Origin: an uncultured Sulfolobales archaeon
GTDB lineage: Archaea > Thermoproteota > Thermoprotei_A > Sulfolobales > NBVN01
Assembly: GCA_938017505.1 (NCBI GenBank)
Contig: CALIKV010000010.1
Location: 76,720-140,719 of the forward strand
DNA: 64,000 bases
Direction of reading: 5' to 3'
The notes under the pieces were generated by a model. That model was given only the letters and a program-made list of their open reading frames with translations, did no database searches and had not been told where the DNA came from. A program made the translations under genes and the position numbers. Shown here one piece after another: positions 11,080 to 19,650 of the stretch. Position 1 is the stretch's first letter. Each line of letters opens with the position of its first letter.

Positions 11080-11341
11080 TATCGATTGCCTGGTCTAATA
11101 AGGACTCAAACTCAGGGTTCAGAGGCTCGGGAGACTCTAGCCTTAGGTCAATGACCACCTCAACGTGATCCGACTTCACGCCGACGGATATGACGATTTC
11201 ATAGTCGCTCCTACGCCCTGATAGAAAGCTCAGCGACCTCTTAATCTCCTCTTCTAGGAAGGCAGCGATCTCGCTTAACCCCTGAGGGTCTATCCTGTTG
11301 ATGTCAAGCCCTAACGTCTCCACGTAGCTCCTAGTGTCCAC
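11012..11341 (-). CDS. small conserved archaeal hypothetical protein (DUF3194-like position next to prefoldin beta)
   Basis: 109-aa ORF tightly coupled to pfdB, with an 11-nt overlap. The family assignment comes only from size and genomic context. Confidence 0.45.
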   Translation of the reverse strand: MDTRSYVETLGLDINRIDPQGLSEIAAFLEEEIKRSLSFLSGRRSDYEIVISVGVKSDHVEVVIDLRLESPEPLNPEFESLLDQAIDNALESLRDELLRRYGGAQEPNL

Positions 11342-11699
11342 CCTTCCCCTCGCCTGGCACTAACCTGTATTTCTCTAACTCCTTCTTCACCGCCTCAAAC
11401 TGCTTCCGTAACGATTCCTCCACCCTCTCGAAGCTCTGAAGTCTTACCTCAAGCTCCTCCTTCTTCTCCTGTAGTTCCTTGAGGGTTACGTCTCTCTCAA
11501 CCCTGACGAAAACGAAGCCCGTGTTCTTATAGACAGTGGTCTCTGGAGCCACGTTCTGAAGGATGTTAAGAGCTCTCTCAACATCCTTTAATTCCGAAGA
11601 AACGACGGATTTCTGAGTTATTATCGAGGCCAACTGAGACTCTATCTGCTGGTATTTAACGACTATCTGCTCAAGCTCTGGCGGTATCCTCTGAGCCAT
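11331..11699 (-). CDS. pfdB: prefoldin beta subunit
   Basis: 122 aa with two coiled-coil arms flanking a beta-hairpin region (TTVYKNTGFVFVRV). Typical GimC/prefoldin beta sequence and superoperon position. Confidence 0.9.
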   Translation of the reverse strand: MAQRIPPELEQIVVKYQQIESQLASIITQKSVVSSELKDVERALNILQNVAPETTVYKNTGFVFVRVERDVTLKELQEKKEELEVRLQSFERVEESLRKQFEAVKKELEKYRLVPGEGKGGH

Positions 11700-11827
11700 A
11701 CTATCGCCTCACATAGTTAGCACCACACACCTTAAAAATTTATTCTATGGCAACAAATCACTAAAGTACTCAGAGAGATCCCCTGCTTTGCCAAGGACAC
11801 GGTAATCGGGAGATTACGATTCAGACC

Positions 11828-12085
11828 TCAAGAGGTGAGTGTTCTGACGGCCTCGATGAGCATGCTAATCAAGCTAAGAGAGTTAATGAGCGGGGGCTTT
11901 AAGGACCCTATTTCATGACCTCTAATCACAAGCCTTACTTCACACCCTCCACACACGGCCTCGAACTCGACGCCCCTTAATCTCAAGTTAACCTCGGGAA
12001 CCAGTGATTTGTAAATCGCTTCACTTAACGGACACTCACTTGCGTCGAACGAAATCTCAACCACTACTTCATGAGGGGTTCTCAA
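11828..12085 (-). CDS. pcc1: KEOPS complex subunit Pcc1-like
   Basis: 85 aa. The pattern A..IYKSLVPE...V.....L.I...A.EIGSLK..INS.L..I is similar to Pcc1/CTAG. It holds the conserved position between Brix and prefoldin beta. Confidence 0.6.
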   Translation of the reverse strand: MRTPHEVVVEISFDASECPLSEAIYKSLVPEVNLRLRGVEFEAVCGGCEVRLVIRGHEIGSLKPPLINSLSLISMLIEAVRTLTS

Positions 12086-12106
12086 CAGCTAACACCCTCC
12101 ACAGGG

Positions 12107-12667
12107 TTAAACTCCTCCCTCAACCTTCACCACCTTTGATATCGTGAGAAGAGGTCCGCAGGGCCTCCCAGTAAGCACGCAATAGAAAGACACCTTAGCA
12201 CCATCCTCACAGCCAGTGATCACGAGCTCTAAGGAGCCTGCCGGGTCATCCACGCTTGACGTTAACGCGGGCTTGAAGATCTCCGTAATCGCCTCCCCTA
12301 CTTCCTGCGGCAACCCGTGTGGAACCTTACTTGCATCCAGCAATAGTTCTTTAACGCTATAAGGCATCTGCGCACCTCGCGTCTCCCTTAACAGCTTGAC
12401 TGATTTTAGCGTAATTAAGTAGCGCTTCATTAAAGCGTTGTAGCCCTCCGCCGGAACTAAGTACATCAACGTAGATGGGTTACCCTTCATCTCTAAGATT
12501 ATTAGGACGCCTTGAGAGTTATAACGCTTGGTCAGTAAGGCGAGGTCTCTGTAGGTCGCCTTACCCCTGTTGAATTTAATCGCGTTGGGAATCACTATCT
12601 TTAATTCGTTAACTAAACTCCTAGTCCTCCTTGACGGTTCACGTGACGTAGTTATTATGAGATTCAT
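12107..12667 (-). CDS. Brix-domain (Imp4-like) ribosome biogenesis protein
   Basis: The N-terminus MNLIITTSREPSRRTRSLVNEL is typical of archaeal Brix proteins, and the superoperon position fits. Confidence 0.8.
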   Translation of the reverse strand: MNLIITTSREPSRRTRSLVNELKIVIPNAIKFNRGKATYRDLALLTKRYNSQGVLIILEMKGNPSTLMYLVPAEGYNALMKRYLITLKSVKLLRETRGAQMPYSVKELLLDASKVPHGLPQEVGEAITEIFKPALTSSVDDPAGSLELVITGCEDGAKVSFYCVLTGRPCGPLLTISKVVKVEGGV

Positions 12668-12682
12668 CCCATCCTCCGCTTA

Positions 12683-12943
12683 CTAGGGGGCTTTAGGACT
12701 CCCTACCTCAGTCCGCGGTGTGTAAGCCCCGCCAGCGAAAATAGTCCCGCACTTAGGACACTGCCAAATCCCGACCGATATCCTCTTCATCGTCACCTTA
12801 GCTTTACAGAAGGGACATACGGTATCAGCGTACCTCCTCTCAGCGATCTCCCTCCATTTCTTCCTTAAAGAGGACCCGTATCTAGCTCCGAACCTGCCTG
12901 CGATACCAGAGACCTTTAACCGACCCATCATCTCTCCCATCAC
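12683..12943 (-). CDS. rpl37ae: 50S ribosomal protein L37Ae (eL43)
   Basis: GIAGRFGARYGSSLRKK followed by a C4 zinc ribbon (CPFC...CPKCG). The likely real start is MGRLKV at 12928. Confidence 0.93.
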   Translation of the reverse strand: MMGEMMGRLKVSGIAGRFGARYGSSLRKKWREIAERRYADTVCPFCKAKVTMKRISVGIWQCPKCGTIFAGGAYTPRTEVGSPKAP

Positions 12944-12962
12944 AAAGAGTCTTTAAAGGGTT

Positions 12963-13877
12963 TTAAGCATTGTCACTTGATTCGCTCTCCCGCTGTCCCT
13001 CACCGCACTCAACCCCCTTCACATCCTCCGTGGTTGCCGCCTCACGCCTCCCCAGCAGTTCGTCGACCCTCAGTATCAGCTCAGCCCCCTTCCTCAAGGC
13101 CAAAGACACGGCGTTCTCGATCTCCTGCAGGGTCAAGTATCCGTTGCCTGATTTCTGAAGCCCCGCTATCATTCCATCATCACTAACGCCCACGATGAGC
13201 TTGGAGGTTATAACTCCTTCCTCCTCCAAAGTCGGGTCGATTACCAGCGAGTCGCCTAACTTACCAACGGATACGGTGAGGGCCCTCCTCACTATAGGTA
13301 GTGGTTCTGAAGAGGTCGACCTATCCACGTGAATTAATTCATCCTCCGTTAACGTGTGCTTAGGAACCCTAGCGGTTAGGAGGGCTGCTAGGGTCGCTAT
13401 GGATGACGCGTCAACTAGGTTCCCTCCATGGTCCAACACGTAAATGTCTATCCACACGACCCAGACCTTCCTCCCAGGTACTACAACTAGCTTACTGGTG
13501 TCAATGACGCTGCATTCCCTTAGAACCCTGTCAATAACCCTCGCTAACTCGATAGCGTTCTCGTCAGGCGGCCCGGGTTCGAACGCCGGTGACGCCGTCG
13601 GCACAAACTCGGCAGAGACAACTAACACCCCCTCATCCGGAGCGTCTGGATATGGGGACCCCAACTCAAGCTTAACCCCAACTAACACCTGCGTATCGCC
13701 GAGCTTCACTAGCGCCGAGCCCTCAGCCTTAGGGAGATACTCTGTAGCTATCTTTAACTCCCTGAACTCCTCCAATCCCCTCCCGTCAGCCCTAACCCCC
13801 TTCTTCGCGAGGGAGGAGAGAGTGTCTGCCTTAAGCCTTGATATTATGACCTCAGGCGAGGTCGGCGTCACTGACAT
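12963..13877 (-). CDS. rrp42: exosome complex component Rrp42 (RNase PH-like, non-catalytic)
   Basis: RNase PH-fold sequence (RADGRGLEEFR...) directly downstream of rrp41. It carries an acidic, Cys-containing C-terminal tail of about 30 aa. Confidence 0.9.
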   Translation of the reverse strand: MSVTPTSPEVIISRLKADTLSSLAKKGVRADGRGLEEFRELKIATEYLPKAEGSALVKLGDTQVLVGVKLELGSPYPDAPDEGVLVVSAEFVPTASPAFEPGPPDENAIELARVIDRVLRECSVIDTSKLVVVPGRKVWVVWIDIYVLDHGGNLVDASSIATLAALLTARVPKHTLTEDELIHVDRSTSSEPLPIVRRALTVSVGKLGDSLVIDPTLEEEGVITSKLIVGVSDDGMIAGLQKSGNGYLTLQEIENAVSLALRKGAELILRVDELLGRREAATTEDVKGVECGEGQRESESSDNA

Positions 13878-13878
13878 G

Positions 13879-14607
13879 TCACTCCACCTTCACCAAGTAC
13901 TTATTACGTAAGGTTTCCTTCTGAAGCCTATATATTTCACCTATACCCTTAAGAGCCAGTTTAAAAGCCTCACTGAATTCACTAGACGATAACACCCCGT
14001 TCAGCTGAAGTAAAGTAACTGCGTTAAGCGACGGAGCCACGGCAACAGGCATGTCAGCCTCCCCGTAGTTGTCCTCAACCTGGTCTACGTCCAGGATTAA
14101 GTGACCCTCAACCTTACCCACCGCGACAGCTGCCACTAAGTCCCTCATAGGTATTCCCGCGTCGGCCAGTGCTAGGGACGCAGCGTTAAGTGCTGCCGTT
14201 CTAGTTCCACCGTCAGCGCTAATGACCTCTATGAATATATCTATAGAGGTTCTAGGGAACAACTCACTTAGAATCACAGGCTCTAAAGCCTCTCTTGCGA
14301 CCTTAGATAACTCTATCTCCCTTCTGGACGGTGCTGGATTCTTCCTCTCATCCGTGGAGAAGGGCGCCATGTGGTACCTGCACCTAAGCACAGCTCTGTG
14401 AGGTAGTACCATGTACTTCTGCGGGGGCTCCCTAGGCCCGTACACGGCGGCTATAACTCTCGTCTTGCCGAACTCAACATACGCGGAGCCGCTTGCGTTA
14501 GTGAGGATGCCTACCTCCATCTTCACAGGCCTTAACTCATCAATCCTCCTCCCGTCATGACGCAATCCGTTCTCGCCTATGAGTTTAGGTCTCTCGCTCT
14601 CCAACAC
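13879..14607 (-). CDS. rrp41: exosome complex exonuclease Rrp41 (RNase PH)
   Basis: [18 protein letters not shown] and the phosphate-site region [25 protein letters not shown]. Confidence 0.93.
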   Translation of the reverse strand: MLESERPKLIGENGLRHDGRRIDELRPVKMEVGILTNASGSAYVEFGKTRVIAAVYGPREPPQKYMVLPHRAVLRCRYHMAPFSTDERKNPAPSRREIELSKVAREALEPVILSELFPRTSIDIFIEVISADGGTRTAALNAASLALADAGIPMRDLVAAVAVGKVEGHLILDVDQVEDNYGEADMPVAVAPSLNAVTLLQLNGVLSSSEFSEAFKLALKGIGEIYRLQKETLRNKYLVKVE

Positions 14608-15328
14608 CTATTAAACCCCTCTTAACCTTCTCTAAAGTAATAAATTCTTTCACGCGATCCGTCAGGCCGGATACGTGGGCCTCAACCTCGATCTTTCTGA
14701 TGGCCCTCACCGCTATGTCTTCGTACTGCTTATTCTCACACCTAACAAGCACCCTCCCGTTATTGCCGATCACCAACTTGCACCTGGTTTCCACCTCTAT
14801 CATGGACTGCATAGACCCCTTCTTACCTACGAGTCTCGGGATCTTGACCGGACTTACCTCCACTAGAGCCCCCTCAGTAACCTTCCCGAGCTCCTTACCC
14901 TTAGTGGATATTACTGGATCCCGCGACCTGTCAAAGTGCTCTACCTTGCCTATCACCACATCGCCGACGTCTAAGAAGTCCTTCAAGTTGTCTTTAGCCG
15001 GATTAACCGGTCTGCCTAGGAAGTCGACTGCGTGAAGGACTCCCGGGAAGGGCGCCTTAATGTTTAGCTCCCAGCTAGTGAGTCCGACGTCGCTAACTAT
15101 CCCTATAATCACGTCACCCACCCTAGGGTAATAGAAACCCTCAAGCGGTATGACCTTCAAGCTCTTTTCCTGAGTGTTCAGCTCAAGCAGTCCGACGACC
15201 GATGAGTAGTACGACGTGCCAACCCTGTAGACCGTCGTCGGTGTCAGCACCCTGAATTCGCCCTCGACCAGTCTATCGCCAGGCGTCACGAGGGTTCTCT
15301 CAACCTTCTGCTCGGAAGAACCGCTCAT
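14585..15328 (-). CDS. rrp4: exosome complex RNA-binding protein Rrp4 (S1 + KH)
   Basis: An S1-like central region and a KH GxxG motif ([12 protein letters not shown]). The gene precedes rrp41 with a 23-nt overlap. Confidence 0.9.
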   Translation of the reverse strand: MSGSSEQKVERTLVTPGDRLVEGEFRVLTPTTVYRVGTSYYSSVVGLLELNTQEKSLKVIPLEGFYYPRVGDVIIGIVSDVGLTSWELNIKAPFPGVLHAVDFLGRPVNPAKDNLKDFLDVGDVVIGKVEHFDRSRDPVISTKGKELGKVTEGALVEVSPVKIPRLVGKKGSMQSMIEVETRCKLVIGNNGRVLVRCENKQYEDIAVRAIRKIEVEAHVSGLTDRVKEFITLEKVKRGLIGVGERET

Positions 15329-15329
15329 A

Positions 15330-16025
15330 CTACACCACCTTAACGCTTAATTCCACGTCACCCTTGGTGAGCCTATTAATGGAGTCTATGACCTCATTCT
15401 GCATGCCTGCAGGTATCTCTAACTCAACATAGAGTGAGCCATCACTCAACCACTTCTCATTTCTAACCTCGCCTAACCTCCTCAGCTCGCTGTGCGTCCT
15501 ACCTGCTATGCTGGGCGATACCTTAATGGTTATCAGCGCTCTAGCCACCTTGATGGGCAGGATCCTCGTTAATTCCTTGATTATTTTTGAAGCCTGCTCC
15601 TCCACAGTCCTGTACAGGTCTACTGTCGCCTTAGCCTCCTCCATGGCTTTCTCAATACGTTGAGGAGGGATAGGTGTTTTGGTCTTGGGATCCACTGCAG
15701 ACCTAGCTATGTAGTTAACTATCAGCCTCCTCTTTTGCTCTATCAGCCTCCTCCTCTGCTCGGTAGTCAGCTGGAGTTCCCCCTTCTTGAGTATGGTGGC
15801 GGCTATCGATTTCACGTCAGTAACTCCGAAGACCTTAACTAGCTCCTGTGGTGAGGCTTTATCCCCTTTCTTGACGTCCTTATATATGATGTCGCCGACG
15901 AGAACCTCTGACACGTCCTTCACTTCACCCTCCCTGTACCTGAGGGCTTTATCAGGGTCCACTAGTATCTCGAACCTATCGCCGCCTTTCTCAAATCGAG
16001 CTATCACGTACTCCCTACTACTCAC
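15330..16025 (-). CDS. sdo1: SBDS-family ribosome maturation protein (Sdo1)
   Basis: N-terminal FYSH domain ARFEKGGDRFEILVDPDKALRYREG. Length 231 aa. Confidence 0.9.
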   Translation of the reverse strand: MSSREYVIARFEKGGDRFEILVDPDKALRYREGEVKDVSEVLVGDIIYKDVKKGDKASPQELVKVFGVTDVKSIAATILKKGELQLTTEQRRRLIEQKRRLIVNYIARSAVDPKTKTPIPPQRIEKAMEEAKATVDLYRTVEEQASKIIKELTRILPIKVARALITIKVSPSIAGRTHSELRRLGEVRNEKWLSDGSLYVELEIPAGMQNEVIDSINRLTKGDVELSVKVV

Positions 16026-16759
16026 TTACCTACACCTGATTCCATGACGTAACCGGCAGTCTCTTCATAGCTAAGCTTCCTGAAGACGCCTTCCTCCAGC
16101 GTTACGACGCCTATCTCAATCAGCTCAGGCGCTAGTCCCTCCTCCGTCGCGGCTCTAAGCGCTTTCAGGGCCAGTTCTATGGTGTCCTTCTTGCTTATGT
16201 CCTTCCTGTAATTCTTTTCGAGATATTCCATAGCCGGTTGCTCGCCTGAACCGACTGCCAGAGCTAAATACGCGAAGTAATACCCGTTTATCTCCGTCTT
16301 GTAGACGTGAATCCCTCTCCTATCCTTACCTAGGAAAATCAGCGAAACCCCGAAGGGCCTCACACCAGCGTGTTGCGTGTATAGTTGCTTAACGTCACAC
16401 ACGGACTTAACAACGTACTCCACGTCAGCTGGTTCATCGTATACGAACCTATAGTTGAGCGCTTCCCTCCTCGCATAGTCTATGAGGATCCTCCCGTCCG
16501 CGGCGAGGCCTGCGAACGAAGCCCCCATGTGTGAGTCGACCATGAATATCTTAGCTATCGAATTCATGTCTATCAGCGATGAAATCCTCCTTTTCTCAGC
16601 AACTAGGACGCCGACGTTATCGGTCTTGAGAGCCACTGTAGTCCATCCCTTCCTAACGTTTTCTGCGGCGTACTCGACCTGGTAAAGCTTACCGTCTGGG
16701 GAAAACACCGTTATCGCTCTATCGTAGCCGAGGGCCGGTGGTCCGAAAGCCATCTTCAA
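16022..16759 (-). CDS. psmA: proteasome subunit alpha
   Basis: YDRAITVFSPDGKLYQVEYA N-terminal signature. Length 245 aa. Confidence 0.95.
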   Translation of the reverse strand: MKMAFGPPALGYDRAITVFSPDGKLYQVEYAAENVRKGWTTVALKTDNVGVLVAEKRRISSLIDMNSIAKIFMVDSHMGASFAGLAADGRILIDYARREALNYRFVYDEPADVEYVVKSVCDVKQLYTQHAGVRPFGVSLIFLGKDRRGIHVYKTEINGYYFAYLALAVGSGEQPAMEYLEKNYRKDISKKDTIELALKALRAATEEGLAPELIEIGVVTLEEGVFRKLSYEETAGYVMESGVGK

Positions 16760-16766
16760 TCCCTTA

Positions 16767-17840
16767 GTGAGTAAGGACGTTAAGGAATATAAACTTATGT
16801 TTGCCCTAGAGTCTTTTGATCTAGGGGTTTACACGGTGGGTAGTTGGGTGGATAGGCTGCGTGAATCTACGGTGATCGTAATGGGCGCTGGAGGGGGCGG
16901 TGACGTTGTTACCGCCTACACCTTCTGCAAGGTGCTTGAGGACGTTGTAGGAACTCGCGTGTGCGTGCCCTTAGGGGTTCTCTGGGAGAGGTGGGTCACC
17001 GATCCGTATCCAGGACCCGTTCCTAAAGGCAGTATTAAAAACGCGGAGCTCCGTGAGTGCGTGTGGGTTAATGAGAGGACCTACGTCACGCGGGGCAAGC
17101 ACTCGTTTAAACCCCACGTCACGTACGTCGCTGAAGTCCTCGGCAGGGAAGTCCCCGCAACCACCTTAGAGCACGGCGTTGAGGGGGCTTACAAGTGCTT
17201 TAAAGAGTTGGAGGATCTGTACGGCGAGGCACTTTTATTAGATCTCGACGTGGGCGGCGATATACTTGCAGAGGGCTGGGAGGAGAACCTGTGGTCGCCG
17301 TTAGCGGATTCAATCACTCTAGCAGCCACGGCCAGGGTTAACGGGCTTGTGGGCGTGGCAGCACCTGGGGCTGACGGTGAGTTACCACAGAGCCTGGTCA
17401 TGCAGAGGATCAGCGACGTGCTCAGCATGGATGGCTACGTAGGCGTCCTAGGTTTCTGGGAGCATCACAGGGCCTTCTACGAGGGTTTAATAGACCGGGT
17501 TAAGACTGAAGCCAGTAGGACCCCCTACCTAGCTCTCAAGGGCGAGGTAGGAGTCAAGGGAATCAGAGGCGGTAGTAGGGTGGTAGAAGTAAACGCAACC
17601 ACACTTACGGTGTTCCTGTTGAGGAGCGAGCAAGTCCTCAGAATCAATAAACTAGCCCAGAGAATAGGACACACGAGATCCCTTGCTGAGGCTTGGATTG
17701 AAGCCAGGAAGCTCGGCATACCAACCGAACTAGACCTTGAAGTGATTGCGTCCAAGAAGTATGGCGTGGGGCCGGAGGCAAGTCCTGACTGGAACAGAGT
17801 GAGGTCAGTGCTTAAGAACCAACACTTAAAAACCTCATAA
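16767..17840 (+). CDS. conserved archaeal hypothetical protein (DUF1152-like, Gly-rich loops)
   Basis: 357-aa ORF with a GTG start. Contains the loops MGAGGGGDVVTA and LDLDVGGDILAEG. The family name is recalled, not verified. Confidence 0.45.
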   Translation: MSKDVKEYKLMFALESFDLGVYTVGSWVDRLRESTVIVMGAGGGGDVVTAYTFCKVLEDVVGTRVCVPLGVLWERWVTDPYPGPVPKGSIKNAELRECVWVNERTYVTRGKHSFKPHVTYVAEVLGREVPATTLEHGVEGAYKCFKELEDLYGEALLLDLDVGGDILAEGWEENLWSPLADSITLAATARVNGLVGVAAPGADGELPQSLVMQRISDVLSMDGYVGVLGFWEHHRAFYEGLIDRVKTEASRTPYLALKGEVGVKGIRGGSRVVEVNATTLTVFLLRSEQVLRINKLAQRIGHTRSLAEAWIEARKLGIPTELDLEVIASKKYGVGPEASPDWNRVRSVLKNQHLKTS

Positions 17841-17846
17841 TAATAA
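17837..17846 (+). promoter_or_regulatory. TATA-like box upstream of initiator tRNA
   Basis: ATAATAATAA is centred about 24-27 nt upstream of tRNA position 1 (17865). Confidence 0.5.
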
Positions 17847-17864
17847 GGAATGGGGGGATGAAAT

Positions 17865-18089
17865 AGCGGGGTGGGGTAGCCAGGTTAGCCCGCGGGGCTC
17901 ATAATGCCCCGGTAGACCCTTAAGTCCCCCCGCCATTCAACGCGTGAAAAACCACGCGCAAAGCGCATCACTGAAGAATGGAAGGTGAGAAAATATTTAT
18001 AAGCGCTATCCTATTAATTAGATACGAGGGTCTACCGGGAGCGATGAGGGACCCCGAGGTCGGTGGTTCAAATCCACCCCCCGCTACCA
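17865..18089 (+). tRNA. initiator tRNA-Met (CAU), interrupted by a 147-nt intron; CCA encoded
   Basis: - **Cloverleaf:** it was drawn by hand.
- **Acceptor and initiator signatures:** the acceptor stem is AGCGGGG/CCCCGCU with an A1:U72 pair. The anticodon stem is CGGGG/CCCCG, carrying the three G:C pairs typical of initiators.
- **Anticodon and T-arm:** the anticodon CAT is at 17900-17902. The T-arm is GGTGG-TTCAAAT-CCACC.
- **Exons:** the exons are 17865-17903 and 18051-18089. Confidence 0.9.
17904..18050 (+). other. tRNA intron at canonical 37/38 position (147 nt)
   Basis: The anticodon CTCAT pairs with intron ATGAG (18044-18048). A helix of about 15 bp forms between GCCCCGGTAGACCCT (17906-17920) and AGGGTCTACCGGGAGC (18027-18042). 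Together these give a bulge-helix-bulge-like fold. The junction is ambiguous by 1 nt (A/A). Confidence 0.8.
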
Positions 18090-18167
18090 CTTCCTCAGGC
18101 CACGCGTTAGTCTAGGATACGTCAGTCTAATATTTAGCGCTCTAACAATTATTCTGGGGGTATTTGT

Positions 18168-19016
18168 TTGGGGCTTGAGAATCTATTCGTAGGCCCTGCG
18201 GGAATTCCGTTAAGCGCTAAGGGGATGGGGGTTATCGACGGTGTTAAGAAAGTTAGGGAGCTTGGCTTAAGCGCTATGGAGATTGAGTTTGTGAGAGGCA
18301 TTTGGCTTAAGCCTACCGAGACCTCGTCGCTGAGGAACACTGCACGTGATGTCAGCGTTATTTTAACGGTCCACGCACCTTACTACATCAACTTACTCTC
18401 CAAGGAGGAGAGCACCCTTAATGCCTCTATTAAGCGGATTACTGACTCAGCAAGGCTTGGCTACTTGGCTGGCGCTTGGTCCGTCGTCTTCCACTCAGGC
18501 TATTACGGTAAGTTAAGCTCTGAGAAAGCTGTTGACGTCGTTAAGAACGTTCTAAGGAGGGTGATTGGCGAGCTAATGAATGAGGGTGTAAGGATATGGG
18601 TCAGACCTGAGACGATGGGTGGGTTAGCCGAGTTCGGATCCCTTGAGGAGGTAGTCTCGGTTGTAGAGGGTGTTGAGATGGCGAATGTAGCTCTTGACTT
18701 CGCCCATCTCTACGCTAGGAGCAGAGGCGCTTTTAACAGGCTGAGAGACTTCACCGGGGCATTAGAACTCATAGAGTCTAGGCTGGGTAGTGAAGCGCTG
18801 AAGGAGATGCACATACACCTCTCAGGCATAGAGTACGGTGACAGAGGCGAGAGAAGGCACGTAGACTTCGAGGACTCTACTTTTAATTGGGTTGATGTCC
18901 TTCAGGCACTTAAGGATTACGACGTTAAGGGAGTAATTATATGTGAGTCACCCAGCCTGGAAAGTGATGCCCTATTGATACAGAGGGAGCTAAGTAGTAG
19001 GTTCAGCCGCACTTGA
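18168..19016 (+). CDS. TIM-barrel AP-endonuclease-2 / xylose-isomerase-like family protein (endonuclease IV-like)
   Basis: 282 aa with the pattern FVGPAGIP...ELGLSAMEIEF...HAPYYINL...VFHSGYY...RPETMG...LDFAHL...HIHLSG. This is characteristic of the Nfo/AP-endonuclease-2 TIM-barrel family. Confidence 0.7.
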   Translation: MGLENLFVGPAGIPLSAKGMGVIDGVKKVRELGLSAMEIEFVRGIWLKPTETSSLRNTARDVSVILTVHAPYYINLLSKEESTLNASIKRITDSARLGYLAGAWSVVFHSGYYGKLSSEKAVDVVKNVLRRVIGELMNEGVRIWVRPETMGGLAEFGSLEEVVSVVEGVEMANVALDFAHLYARSRGAFNRLRDFTGALELIESRLGSEALKEMHIHLSGIEYGDRGERRHVDFEDSTFNWVDVLQALKDYDVKGVIICESPSLESDALLIQRELSSRFSRT

Positions 19017-19463
19017 ATCTTGAGTCACTTGGTTGGCAGATCTTGAACTTCTCCATAGCCACGCAGATTTGATCAATGGGTATGAAGGCAGTAGCTCCCG
19101 ACTTAAGCTTTATGAACACGGACTTACCGATGACTCTAAGCTCGGCCTCCTCACAGACTGAGATAGCCCACACCCATTAACAAACGCTTGCAAGGTTATT
19201 AATTACTGTCGAGCTTCCCACGTGAAGAGACCGCATGCGGTCTTACGTGTCTTGGCTAAAGCCCCCTACGTAGGCATTCAATGAAGATCCCTTTACAGAG
19301 TACATCTTAAGCCGTGAGGGATTGGCGTCGCCGAGGCATGTAAGGCTCTGGAAGTCTCGAAACCAACTCTCCTCAGGAGTATTCAAGGCGGGAAGGACGA
19401 AGGACTCCGCTTGATCAGATACGTAGCGCTCAAGGTATAAAAATAGAGGCGTGAGGAGTTAGT

Positions 19464-19646
19464 ATGCCGAGGGAAAGGCACGTGGACGTTACCCCTTTCG
19501 CGAGAATAGCGATATTTATCGATGGCTGGAACCTCGCCAGAACTACCAGAGATCGCTTGTGAAAGGAGATAGACTTTCGAAAGCTTCTTGACTATTTCTC
19601 AAGAAATGCCTTCTACATCAGAAATTGTTTGGAGTTTCGGAGGTAA
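19464..19646 (+). pseudogene. NYN/LabA-like domain remnant (truncated, in-frame TGA)
   Basis: MPRERHVDVTPFARIAIFIDGWNLARTTRDRL-TGA-KEIDFRKLLDYFSRNA matches the N-terminal IAIFIDG.N...ID...LL pattern of NYN/LabA proteins. It stops after about 60 codons. Confidence 0.55.
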
Positions 19647-19650
19647 TAGA

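Noticed and set aside
13444-13911. Long antisense or alternative-frame ORFs. Examples are 13444-13911, 26990-27460, 27491-27787, 28146-28514, 59880-60320, 34283-34591 and 53574-53879.
   Set aside because: Each lies entirely inside a strongly supported gene on the opposite strand or in another frame. Their products are Ser/Pro/Thr/Arg-rich and low in complexity, with no motifs. These are typical shadow ORFs of codon-biased, moderately GC-rich genes.
17941-18010. C/D-like boxes inside the tRNA-Met intron (CTGA, ATGGAAG, GTGAGAA).
   Set aside because: The order and spacing do not fit a C-D'-C'-D unit. They are therefore noted only within the intron finding.
19228-19243. A perfect 16-bp palindrome, AGACCGCATGCGGTCT, with imperfect extension (CACGTGAAG...CTTACGTG).
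   Set aside because: About one perfect 8+8 palindrome is expected by chance in 64 kb. No second copy and no associated gene start was seen.
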